From Chiloscyllium plagiosum (taxonomy: Eukaryota), in assembly GCF_004010195.1 (NCBI RefSeq), contig NC_057755.1:12694142-12758141 (forward strand): 64,000 bases of DNA, written 5' to 3'. The position numbers were made by a program, and so were the translations under genes. A model generated the notes under the pieces. It was not told where the DNA came from. It saw only the letters and a list, made by a program, of their open reading frames with translations, and ran no database searches. This document shows, in pieces, positions 51,965 to 63,377 of the stretch (positions are counted from its first letter, which is position 1; each line of letters opens with the position of its first letter).

Positions 51965-52480
51965 AAACATGAGTCTTTCCACACTGGAACAGATCATCAA
52001 AAAATGAGAGTCATTCTACACTGGAATGGATCATTTAAACCTGAGTCACTGTACACTCGTATAGATCATCAAAACAAGTCATTTTGCACTGGGATACGTC
52101 ACCGAAACATATCACTGTACATTGGAGTAGATCACCCAAGCATGAATCATTCTATACTAGAATAGATCACTGAAACATGAATCAATTAACACTGGGATAA
52201 ATCACTGAAACATGAATTATTCAACAATGGAACAGATCATTGAAAAATATATCATACTACACTGGAATAAATCACCAAAATATTGGCGTTATTTATTCTA
52301 CACTGGAATGGATCACTGAGACGTGTCATTCTACACTGGAAAGATCATTGAAATAGGAATCATTCTATATTGGCATATATAGTTGAAAACTAAGTAATTT
52401 TATACTCAAATACATCACTGAAGCATAAGACATTTTACACTGGAATGGATCATTGAAACATGAATAATTTTATGCAGAGA
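51965..52480 (+). repeat. 35-bp tandem array, block 4
   Basis: Same consensus and orientation as 40165-44015. Confidence 0.9.
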
Positions 52481-52859
52481 GTGATTACCAAATGAACATG
52501 CTCTGTCATTCAATACAATAATTGCTGACTATCTGCTTCAAAGCCTTTTCCCTACACTATCCCGATATGTCTTTATGTCAATGACAGACTTTTAAAGAAC
52601 GATCTCAACAAAAAAAACCCTCAATGATTGAGCTTCCACAACCTGAGAGAATTCCAAAGATTCATTACCTTCTGAGTAAATACTTTTCTCCTCAGTTCAA
52701 TATTCAGTGGTTTCCCCCTTATTTTAAAATTCTACCACCTGGTTCTAGGTTCTCCCCAACCAGTGGTAATATTGTACCTGCATCAACCCTGTTTATCCTT
52801 TTAAATATTTTCTAATGTTCAGTGAGATCATCTCTCATTCTTCAAAACTCCAGTTTATC

Positions 52860-53015
52860 AAACAATAATAGCGAGTGCTAGAGAAATTCAACAGGTCTGG
52901 CAATATCTGTTGAGAGAAAAACAGAGCTAATGTTTAAAGTCCTGTGACTTTTTCATCAGAATTCCAGCTCTCTCTGTTTTGTTTTGGATTTCCAGCGTCC
53001 ACATTTTTTTGTGTT
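52860..53015 (-). mobile_element. Decayed PLE terminus with a hammerhead relic
   Basis: Minus strand ttctgatgaaaaagtcacaggactttaaacatt; resembles the terminus at 32518-32610. Confidence 0.5.
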
Positions 53016-54204
53016 TATTGCACTTTGCCCAACCTCTCTTCAGTTCCATTACCCCAGCACAGTCTTGTGAACCTTTGTTGCACTCCCTCCATAGCAATAA
53101 TATCCTTCTTAAAGTATTCATCCTAAAGTAAGGGTATCAATAGTGTACACAGTGTTTCAGGTGCACATTGTATGCAAAATTGAATGAAAATGTTGCTACT
53201 CCTGTTCTTAAATTATCTTACAATAACTAAATGTTAACATATCATGCACCTTCTTGATTAGTTTCTGCACCTTCATGCTAGTCATCAGTGACTTATTGAT
53301 GAGGGCATCCATGTCCCCCTTGTACATCTGCACATTCTAATCTCTTGCCATTCAAGAATTGCTCTGCATGTTGTTTCCTTCTATTGAAGTGAAGAGCTTC
53401 ACATTTTTTCAAATTTCTATTCCACCAGATATTGTTCTTATCCACACAATAAGTTTTCCCAATTCCTCATGAAACTGCTTTGCTGCTTCCCTACAACACA
53501 ATTGCCACCTAGTTTGGCTTCATTTGCAAATTTGAAATTGTTACATTTGGCGAACAGTTGGGGCCCATGTGATGCTCCCTGCAGTGTCCCATGTGTCACA
53601 GCCTGTCAATATACTGATCTTTTTATTTTGACTGTATTTTCCTTAATCCATGCAGTTATAACAAATTAGCACAAGTGCTTTAATTTTGCTAATCCTTTAC
53701 CCTTCATCAAAAACCTGCTGAAAATTCAAATGTAGTGCATCCATTAATTCCCACTTATAAATTCTGCCAGTAGCATCCTCAAAGATTCATTGATCTGACC
53801 AGATTTCCCATTCACAAATCCATGCAAACGATGGCCAGTCAGATCCAAATAATCACTTAACACATCTTTCATAATTCTGGCTTTTTCCCTGTTATTAATG
53901 TAGGACTATCATTATTAGATTAGACATTAGATTATTAGTGTGCACATCCTCTCTAGGATAAATAACCAGACAAAGACAATTCCAACTAAAATAGATTAAG
54001 AACACAGATGGTTATTATTCTTTGGGATTTCTAAAAATTCTGTCATGGGAGGTCTGCATCTCCCCATTTTCTCTAAATGTTTCTAACCTGCAATGTGAAC
54101 ATCCATCCAAACATATTATCAGCATAATTCTGTCCCTTGCAGATCCACAACAGTAACTCAATCAATGCTCAATAACTTGGAACCCAAGCTTTTGCAGCCA
54201 GTAA

Positions 54205-54603
54205 CACTCATCCAGGCAAGTGGGGAGTATTCCAACACACTCCTGATGTGTGCCTTGAAGATGGTGGACAGGCTTTGGAGAGTCAGGAGATGAGTTACTC
54301 ACTGCATTATTCCCAGCCTCTTACCTACTCTTGTAGTCATTGCATTGGTGTAGTGAGTCTAGTTGAGTTTCTAGTCAATGGTAACTCCTGGGATGTTGAT
54401 AGTCAGGAATTCTATGATGATAACACCATTGATTGCCAAAGGGTGATAGTTGAATTGTTTTTTGTTGGAGACAGTCATTGCTTGAGCTGTGCATGTTACT
54501 TTCCACTTGTAAGCCAATGCCATTGCCTAAATCTAGTTGTGTGCGCACATGGACTGCTTCAATATCTAAGGAGTCGTGAATGGTTCTGAATGTTGTGTAA
54601 TCA
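54205..54603 (-). mobile_element. Older LINE (outer host of a nested stack; resumes at 56190-56580 and 63140-63377)
   Basis: Collinear RT motifs across the pieces: QDSVLGPNIFSCFI, DIKAIFDQV, MGPDNIPALVL. Confidence 0.7.
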
Positions 54604-54841
54604 TAAAACATAGAACATAGAAGAATACAGCGCAGTACAGGCCCTTCGGCCCTCGATGTTGCGCCGATCCAAGCCCACCTAACCTACACTAGCCCACTAT
54701 CCTCCATATGCCTATCCAATGCCCACTTAAATGCCCATAATGAGGGAGAGTCCACCACTGCTACTGGCAGGGCATTCCATGAACTCACGACACGCTGAGT
54801 AAAGAACCTACCCCTAACATCTCTCCTATACCTACCCCCCC
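54604..54841 (-). mobile_element. Young CR1-like LINE 3' end running into the gap
   Basis: Near-identical to 41569-41800. Confidence 0.9.
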
Positions 54842-55308
54842 NNNNNNNNNNNNNNNNNNNNNNNNNNNNNNNNNNNNNNNNNNNNNNNNNNNNNNNNNNN
54901 NNNNNNNNNNNNNNNNNNNNNNNNNNNNNNNNNNNNNNNNNNNNNNNNNNNNNNNNNNNNNNNNNNNNNNNNNNNNNNNNNNNNNNNNNNNNNNNNNNNN
55001 NNNNNNNNNNNNNNNNNNNNNNNNNNNNNNNNNNNNNNNNNNNNNNNNNNNNNNNNNNNNNNNNNNNNNNNNNNNNNNNNNNNNNNNNNNNNNNNNNNNN
55101 NNNNNNNNNNNNNNNNNNNNNNNNNNNNNNNNNNNNNNNNNNNNNNNNNNNNNNNNNNNNNNNNNNNNNNNNNNNNNNNNNNNNNNNNNNNNNNNNNNNN
55201 NNNNNNNNNNNNNNNNNNNNNNNNNNNNNNNNNNNNNNNNNNNNNNNNNNNNNNNNNNNNNNNNNNNNNNNNNNNNNNNNNNNNNNNNNNNNNNNNNNNN
55301 NNNNNNNN
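54842..55308. other. Assembly gap (N run)
   Basis: Run of n. Confidence 1.
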
Positions 55309-55775
55309 ATATCAAAGTTGAAACTTTATTGCTGGAACAGCACAGCAGGTCAGGCAGCATCCAGGGAACAGGAGATTCGACGTTTCGGGCACAGGCCCTT
55401 CTTCAGGAATGAGCAGAGAGTGTTCAGCAGGAGAAGATAAAAGGTAGGGAGGAGGGACTTGGAGGAGGGGCGTTGGAAATGTGATAGGTGGAAAGAGGTC
55501 AAGGTGAGGGTGATAGGTCGGAGTAGGATGGAGGCGGAGAGGTCAAGAAGAAGACTGCAGGTCAGGAGGGCGGTGCCGGGCTGGAGGGATTCGGCTGAGA
55601 CAAGTTGGGGGGAGGGGGGATGAAGAAACTGGTGAGGTCCAAGTTCATCCCCTGTGGTTGGAGGGTTCCCAGTCGGAAGATAAGACGCTCCTCCTCCGAC
55701 CGTCGGGTTGTTGTGGTTTGGCGGTGGATGAGTCCAATGACCTGCATATCCTCGGTGGAGTGGGAGGGGGAGTTG
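55309..55775 (-). mobile_element. Young Penelope-like element 3' end
   Basis: Endonuclease C-terminus MQVIGLIHRQTTTTRRSEEERLIFRLGTLQPQGMNLD (ORF 55562..55747); terminus identical to 50270-50356. Confidence 0.9.
55375..55410 (-). ncRNA. Minimal type-I hammerhead ribozyme motif (best-formed copy)
   Basis: Minus strand AUUC-CUGAAGA-A-GGGC-CUGU-GCCC-GAAA-CGUC^GAAU; 4-bp stem I (AUUC/GAAU). Confidence 0.8.
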
Positions 55776-56190
55776 ACTATCCTTGATCACATTATTCCTA
55801 TCCAGATGTTCATAAATCCTATCCCTTACAATTCTCTCTAAGATTTTGCCCACAACAGAAGTGAGACTCGCTGGCCTATAGTTACTAGGGTTATCCCTAT
55901 TCCCCTTCTTGAACAAGGGAACCACATTTGCTAGCCTCCAATCTTCTGGCACTACTCCTGTAGACAACGAGGACATAAAAATCAAGGCCAATGGCTCTGC
56001 AATCTCCTCCCTTGCTTCCCAGAGAATCCTAGGATAAATGCCATCAGGCCCAGGGGACTTATCTATTTTCACCCTTTCCAGAATTTCCAACACCTCTTCT
56101 CTACATACCTCAAAGCCATCCATTCTACTTAATTGTGACTCAGTACTCACATTGACAACAATGTCCTGTTCCTGATTGAATACTGACGAA
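55776..56190 (-). mobile_element. Young CR1-like LINE ORF2 segment
   Basis: KSPGPDGIYPRIL...VPEDWRLANVVPLFKKG...NYRPASLTSVVGKILE within ORF 55350..56369. Confidence 0.9.
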
Positions 56191-56579
56191 AAGTCAGGGA
56201 ACATCCCCACTTCTGACCTTATGATGGGCAGAAGATCAGTGATGAAGCAACTGAAAATGTTTGGGCCGAGGACACTATCCTGAGGATCTCCTGCAGACAT
56301 GTCCTGGAGCTGACTTGATAAATTTCCAACAACCACAACAATCTTTCTCTGTACCAGGTATGACTCCAATCAGTGGAGAATTTTCCCCACTGACTACAGT
56401 TTTGCTTGGGTCCATTAGTGCTACACTTGGTCAAATATGGCCTTGATGTCAAGGATTATGACTCTCATCTCACCTCTGGAATTCATCTGTTTTGTCCATG
56501 TTTGAACCAAGGCTGCAATGAGGTCAGGAGCTGAGTGGTCCTGGTGGATTCCAAACTGGGCATCACTGAATAGGCCATC

Positions 56580-58450
56580 AGAACATAGAATATAGAACAT
56601 AGAACATGGAATTGTACAGCACAGAAATAGGCCCTTTGGCCCACAACATTGTGCCAGATGAAACGCCAAATTAAGCCAATTCTTTCGGACTGCCCTTAAT
56701 CCATAACCCTCCATTCCTTGCATATCCATGTGCTTATCTAAAAGTCTCTTAAATGCTCCTATCATATCTGCCTCTACCACAACTCTTGGCAGCGCATTCC
56801 AGACTCAAACAACTCTCTGTGGAGAAAATCTTGCCCCTCACTGTGCAGGCAACATGGTGGCTCAGTGGTTAGCACTGCTACCTCACAGCACCAGGGACCT
56901 GGGTTTGATTCCACCCTTAGGTGACTGCCTATGGGGAGTTTGCACATTCTCCTCGTGTCTGCGTGGGTTTCCTCCAGGTGCTCCAGTTTCCTCCCACAGT
57001 CCATAGATGTGGAGGTTAGGTGAATTGGCTATGTTAAATTGCCAATAGTGTTTAAGGTTTGGGTTAGTAACACTAGGGGAATGGGTCTGGGTGGGTTACT
57101 TCTCAGAGGGTTGGCGTGGATTTATTGGGCCAAATGGTCTGTTTCCACACTGTAGGGATTCTACGATGAACTCCTTTGAACTTTCCACCTCTCATCTTAT
57201 ATGCATGCCTTCTAGTTTTAGACATTTCAAGTCTGGAAGAAAGATTCTGACCCTATTTGTGTATCTCATAATTTTATAGATCTCTATCAAGTTTCCCCTC
57301 TGCCTCCGCCATTCCAAAGAAAACAACTTGAGTTTTTCTCGCCTCTCCTTGTAGCCTACACCCTCTAATCCATGCAGCATCCTGGTAAACCTCTTCTGCA
57401 TCCTCTCCAAAGCCTCCACATCCTTCCTGTAATGTGACAACCAAACTTTAATATAACACTCGAAGTGTGGCCTAGCCAAAGTCTTATAAAGCTGCAACAT
57501 AACATCCTGACCCTTGTACTCAATTCCCCAACCGATAAAGACCAGCGTGCCATATGCCTTCTTTACCATCCTATCTACTTGTGTGACCACTTTCAGGGAG
57601 CCATGGACTAAAACCCCAAGATCCCTCTGTACATCAGTGATGTTCAGGGTGCCATCCTTAACATTTGATTTCCTAAAGTGCAGCACCTCACACTTATGCC
57701 ATCTGTCATTTCTCTGACCATATACGCAATTGATCTATATCCTACTGTGTCAATTGAGACAACCTTCTACATTGTCCACAACTCCCCCAATCTTTGTGTC
57801 ATCTGCAGACTTACTAACCCATCCATCTATGTTTTCATCCAAGTCATTTATATAAATCACAAATAGCAGTGGTCACAGTACAGATCCCTGTGGAAGACCA
57901 CTAGTTATGGACCTCTCGTCAAAAATACACCCTTCCATCACTACCCTCATTCTTCTATGGACAAACCAATTTTAAATCCATGTGGCCAAGCCACCATGGA
58001 TCCCATACATCTTAATCTTCTGGATGAGCCTACCATGAGGGACCTTGTCAAAAGTCTTCTAAAATCTATGTAGACAACATCCACTGGTCTACCCTCATCA
58101 ACCACCTTTATCATCTCCTCAAATAATTCAACCAAGTTAATGAGACATGACCTGCCCTGCACAAAGCAATGCTGACTATCCCTTATCAGGCCATGCTTTT
58201 TCAAATGCACATAAATCCTAACCCTAAGAATGCTCTCCAACAGCTTCCCAAACACCGACATGAGACTCACCGGTCTATAGGTTTCTGGATTATCCTTATT
58301 TTCCATCTTGAATGGACGAACAACATGAGCTACTTGCTAGTCCTTTGGGACCACTTCAGTGGCTAGTGAGGAGACAATGATCTTGCTCAAAGAGGCAGCA
58401 ATCTCCTCTCTTGCCTATCTCAATACCCTGCACTAGATAGTATCTGGGGA
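56580..58450 (-). mobile_element. CR1-like LINE 3' half (SINE inserted at 56845-57165)
   Basis: ORFs 57192..57686 and 57947..58306; (tagaaca)n tail at 56580-56610. Confidence 0.85.
56845..57165 (+). mobile_element. HE1/V-SINE-like SINE
   Basis: tggctcagtggttagc head, V-domain and tail. Confidence 0.85.
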
Positions 58451-58454
58451 CTTA

Positions 58455-60745
58455 CAACTCTCCAGTCCCCAACACCTCATCTTCATCATGGACATCCAGT
58501 CTCTCTACATCTGCATCCCCCACGAGGAGGGCATAAAATCCCTCCACTTCTTTGTCTCCCACAGACTCAACCAGTCCCCCTCCACTGATACTCTCACTTG
58601 ATTAGCGGAGCTAGTCCTCACCCTTAATAACATCTCCTTTGAATAATCCCACTTCCTACAAACCAGAGGGGTAGCCATGGGTACCTGCATGGGTCCGTGC
58701 TATGCCTGCCTCCTCATAGGATACATGGAACAGTCCTTCTTCCACAGTTACACCGGCACCAACCCCCATCTTTTCCTCTGCTACATTGATGACTGTATTG
58801 GTGCTGCTTCATGCTCCACGAAGTGCTCGAACAGTTCTTCAACGTCACCCGCAACTTCTACCCTGACCTCAAATTCATCTGGATCATCTCTAACACCTCT
58901 CCATCCCCAGCAACCGACTTAGCATCAACATCAATTTCAAACCCACCAACTCCCACAGCTACCTTGACTACACCTCCTCCCATCATCCCTCCTGCAAAAT
59001 ATGCGATCCCATACTCCCAATTCCTCCACCCCCATTGCATCTGTTCCCAGGATGAGGGATTCTACCCCAGATGTCCTTCTTCAAGGACAGTAATTTCCAC
59101 CACCCGCCCCCATGATTAATGATGTCCTCCATTGCATCTCTTCCACCTCCCAGACTTCTGCCAATCCCGCCACTCCTCCACGACCACAACAAGGACAGTG
59201 TCCCCCACTGTCCACCCCACTAATCTACAAATCCAGCACATTACTTGCAGTCTGACCTCAATACCAAAAAGATATTTCCTTCCCCACCCCTATATGCTTT
59301 CCATAGGGACTGTTCCCTCTGTGACTCCCTCATTAGGTCCATACTCCCCACAAACCTCTCCTCCATATCTGGCACCTTCTCCTGCTGCCGTAAGAGATGC
59401 AAATCCTGCTTCCAATGTCCCAAAGAACCATTTCCAAATCCATTAATCTGATTTACAGCATCCGTTGCTGCCAACGTGATCTCCTCTACATTGGATAGTC
59501 CGAGGGCAAGCTCAGGTACCGGTTCAGACAGCATCTATGGTCCGCACGCTCCAATCAACCCCACTGCCCGATTGCCATTCATTTCAACACCCCCTCCCTC
59601 TCCCCAATGACATGAGCATCCTGGGCCTCCTCCATTGTCAAAATGAGGCCACGCGCAAACTGGAGGAAGAACACCGCATCTTCTGCCTCGGGAGCTGACA
59701 ATCTTATGGCCTCAACATAGAATTCACCAGCTTCCAAATCTCCCAAACCCCTACCTCATCCCAGGTCCAGCACTTCCCCTCTGCCCCACCCTTTTTGCCT
59801 GACCTAATCTGTCCATCTTCCTCCCACCTATCTGCTCCACCCTACCCACCGACCAGTGGGCGCTAACCACTGTGCCACCGTGCCGCCCATACAGCGGGGT
59901 CCAGCACTTCCCCTCTGCCCCACCCTTTTTGCCTGACCTAATCTGTCCATCTTCCTCCCACCTATCTGCTCCACCCTACCCACCGACCAGTGGGCTAATG
60001 GTCGGATACTTGGTAGTGTGGATGAGCCTCCATACAGGGATGTGGAGGCACTGGAACGGGTGCAGAGGAGGTTTACCAGGATGTTGCCTGGTATGGAAGG
60101 AAGATCGTATGAGGAAAGACTGAGACACTTGGGGCTGTTTTCATTAGAGAAAAGAAGGTTTAGGGGTGACTTGATTGAGGTGTACAAGATGATTAGGGGG
60201 TTAGATAGGGTTGACAGTGTGAACCTTTTCCCGCGTATGGAGTCGGGTATTACAAGGGGGCATAGCTTTAAATTAAGGGGGGGTAGATATAGGACTGAAG
60301 TTAGGGGTAGGTTCTTCACTCAGCGAGTCGTAAGTTCATGGAATGCCCTGCCAGTAGCAGTGGTGGACTCTCCCTCTTTATGGGCATTTAAGCGGGCATT
60401 GGATAGATATATGGAGGATAGTGGGTTAGTATAGGTTAGGTGGGCTTGGATCGGCGCAACATCGAGGGACAAAGGGCCTGTACTGCGCTGTATTCTTCTA
60501 TGTTCTATGTTCTATGTTCTATGTTCTATGTTCTATGTTCAGTCTCATTAACCTCCTACCTCCATCAACCTAAGACTATCCCACCAACCTTTCCCCTAGC
60601 CCCATCCTCTTTCCTCTACTTATTTCTCAGCCTCCTTCCCCCTTCTCAGTCCTGATGAAGGGTCCTGCCCAAAATGTCAACTCTCCTGCTCTTCTGATGC
60701 AGGTTGACCTGCTGTGCTTAATCCAGTTCCACATTTTATCAACTC
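58455..60745 (+). mobile_element. Penelope-like element interrupted by a LINE/SINE chimera (59858-60540)
   Basis: GVAMGTCMGPCYACL and CYIDD RT motifs; decayed GIY-YIG; terminus with CTGATGA at 60652 (GAAA lost). Confidence 0.85.
59992..60540 (+). mobile_element. Young CR1-like LINE 3' end with a (TTCTATG)n tail
   Basis: ORF 60018..60434 is an intact C-terminus; 6-7 TTCTATG units. Confidence 0.92.
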
Positions 60746-63110
60746 TGGGGATTTATCCACCCCAATACTTTTCAAGAGACCCAACACCACTTCTATCTTG
60801 ATCTCAAATTGATGTCATGTGCTAGCCTGCTCCACGTAAATCTCACTATTAGATTAGATTCCCTACAGTGTGGAAACAGGCCATTTGGCCCAGTAAGTGT
60901 ACACTAACCCTCCTAGAGTAACCCATCCAAACCCATTTCCCTCTGACTAATGCATCTTACACTGTGGGCAATTTAGCATGGCCAGTCCACCTGCACATCT
61001 TTGGATTGTGGGAGGAAACTGGAGCACCCGGAGGAAACCCACACAGATATAGGGAGAATGTGGAAACTCCACACAGACAGTCACCCGAGGTTGGAATCGA
61101 ACCTGGCGCTGGGAGGCTGCAGTGCTAACCACTGAGCCCTCACTGTGCCTTCTCCTGGGTGAATACTGATGCAAAGTGTTCATTTAGGATACTCTGCCTC
61201 CAAGCACAATTCTCCTCCCTTACCCTTGAGTGGTCCCAACTTCTCCCTAGTTTTTAATGGCTGTATAGAATGCATTGGGATTCTCTTTAACCCCATTTGC
61301 CAAGGTCACTTCATAGCCCCTTCTTGCTCTCCTAACTCCCTGCTTGAGTTCTTTCCAGCTGTCTTTATATTCCTCATTGGCCCTGTCCAATTTTAGCTTC
61401 CTAAACCTTGCATATGCTTCTTTTTCCCTTTTGACTAAATTCAATTCCTCCCTCGTTATCCAAAGATCCCATAACTTGCTATCCTTGTCCTTCCTCCTTA
61501 TTGAAACATCCCGGTCCTGAACTCTCATCAGCAGGTCTTTAACCACTTCCCACATGTCAAATATGGACTGGCCTGATAAGAGCTCCTCCCAATTAATACT
61601 CCCTAGCACTTGCCTAATACTGCCATAATTTTCTCTCTCCTAATTTAGTACCTTGCCATAAGATCCTGACCTGTCTGTATTCATAGCTACAAGAACATCT
61701 GTATTAAACGTTAAGGAGTTGTGATCACTGTTTCCAAGACGCTCTCCCACTGAGAGGTCAGTCACCTAGCCAGGCTCATTAGCCAGTACAAGGTCCAATA
61801 TGGCCCTTCTTCTAGTTGGACTATCCACATACTGTTTCGAGAAACTCTATTGGATGCACTTAACAAATTCTGCCCTATCTAAGCCTCTTGCTCTGAGGCA
61901 GTCCCAGTCAATATTGGGGAAGTTAAAGTCACCCACTATCACAACTCTTTTTATTGTACCTTTCCATGATCTACCTACATATTTGTCTCAGTGGCTGTTG
62001 GAGGACCTATAGTGTAATCTCATCAGAGTGAGTGCATCCTTCTTATTTTTGAGCTTGATCCATAATGGCTCAGTGGTTGAGCCCTCCAGTGTATCTTCTC
62101 TAAGTGCAGATGTGACATTCTCCCTGAATAATAATGCAATTCCTCCACCTCTTTTATCTTCCTCTCTATCTCGTCTAAAACAACAAAACCCTGGAATGGT
62201 GAGCAGCTAGTCCCGTCCCTCTTTCCACTACATCTCTGTAATGGTCACAACATCATAGTCCCATGTTACTGATCCAGGCTCTAAGTTAATCTGCCTTACC
62301 TATGATACTCCTTGCATTGAAATAAACACATTCAGTTCATTAGTACCATTGTGTTCATCTACGTGTCTCTGCCTGTCCTTTCTTTCTGATTACTGGTACC
62401 CTTATATGTACATTCCCCTCAATCTCTCCACTTGCTCACCTGCTGCTCTGGTTCCCAGGCCTCTGCCATTCTCATTTAAATCCGCACGAGTAGCACTTGT
62501 GAATCTCCCTGTGAGGATGTTGACTCCCCTCCAGTATAGGTGCAACCTGTCCCTCTTGTACATGTCACCCCTGCCCCAGAAGAGGTCCCAATGATCCAAG
62601 AACCTGAAACCCTGCCCCCTACACCAGCTCCTTAGCCACACATTCATCTGTCCTACCTTTCAATTCCTTCTCTCACTAGCACATGGCCCTGGTAGTAACC
62701 CAAAGATTATTACTCTCAAGGTCCTGCTTTTCAACCTCTTTCCTAACTCCCTGTACTTACTCTGAAGGACCTCATCCCCTTTTTACCTATGTCGTTGGTA
62801 CCAATGTCACAAAGACGTCTGGCTGCTCACCTTATGAATTTCGTGCAATGGCTCAGAGACGTCTCAAACGTGGGCAGTGAAGTGCCTGTCCATGCCCCTA
62901 ATGAGCAAGTCTCCGACCACTATCACTCGCTTGGATTTTGCCCGACCCTGCTGTACAGCAGAGCCTATTGTAGTGCCATAGGCCTGGCTGTCGCTGATAT
63001 ACTCCCTTGATAGGCTATCCCCCCTCAACAGTATCCAAAATGATATACCTGTTAGAGAGGGGAATAACCACAGAAGACTCCTGTACTACCAGCCAGCCTC
63101 TCCTGCCAGT
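60745..63110 (-). mobile_element. CR1-like LINE 5' half including the ORF1 esterase-like region (continues 56580-58450)
   Basis: MNVWLRSWCRGQGFRFLDHWDLFWGRGDMYKRDRLHL (ORF 62402..62647), typical of CR1 ORF1 SGNH-esterase; ORF2 linker in ORF 61247..61609. Confidence 0.85.
60848..61150 (-). mobile_element. HE1/V-SINE-like SINE
   Basis: Head, V-domain and tail. Confidence 0.85.
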
Positions 63111-63377
63111 CACTCAGCTATTGCTGAGCAGCTGCTGTTGGGGACACTTTGTATCACTTTACTGATGATTGAAAGTAGACTAATGGGGCAATAATTGGCC
63201 AGGTTGGACCTGTCCTGCTTTTAATGTACAGAACATACCTGGGCAGTTTTCCTCATGGTTGGGTAGATGCCAGAGTTGTAACTGTACTGAAACAGTTTGG
63301 CTAGAGATACAGCAAGTTCTGGAGCACAAGTGTTCAGTACTAATGCTGGAATATTGTCAGGGCCCATAGCCCTTGCA

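Noticed and set aside
40165..52480. 35-bp periodic array as a CRISPR-like locus
   Set aside because: Units are contiguous and degenerate with no unique spacers, there are no cas genes, and the context is a vertebrate intron.
55350..56369. 339-aa ORF as a novel fusion gene
   Set aside because: Chance read-through across three adjacent TE fragments (old LINE, CR1 ORF2, out-of-frame PLE), with no splice or promoter evidence.
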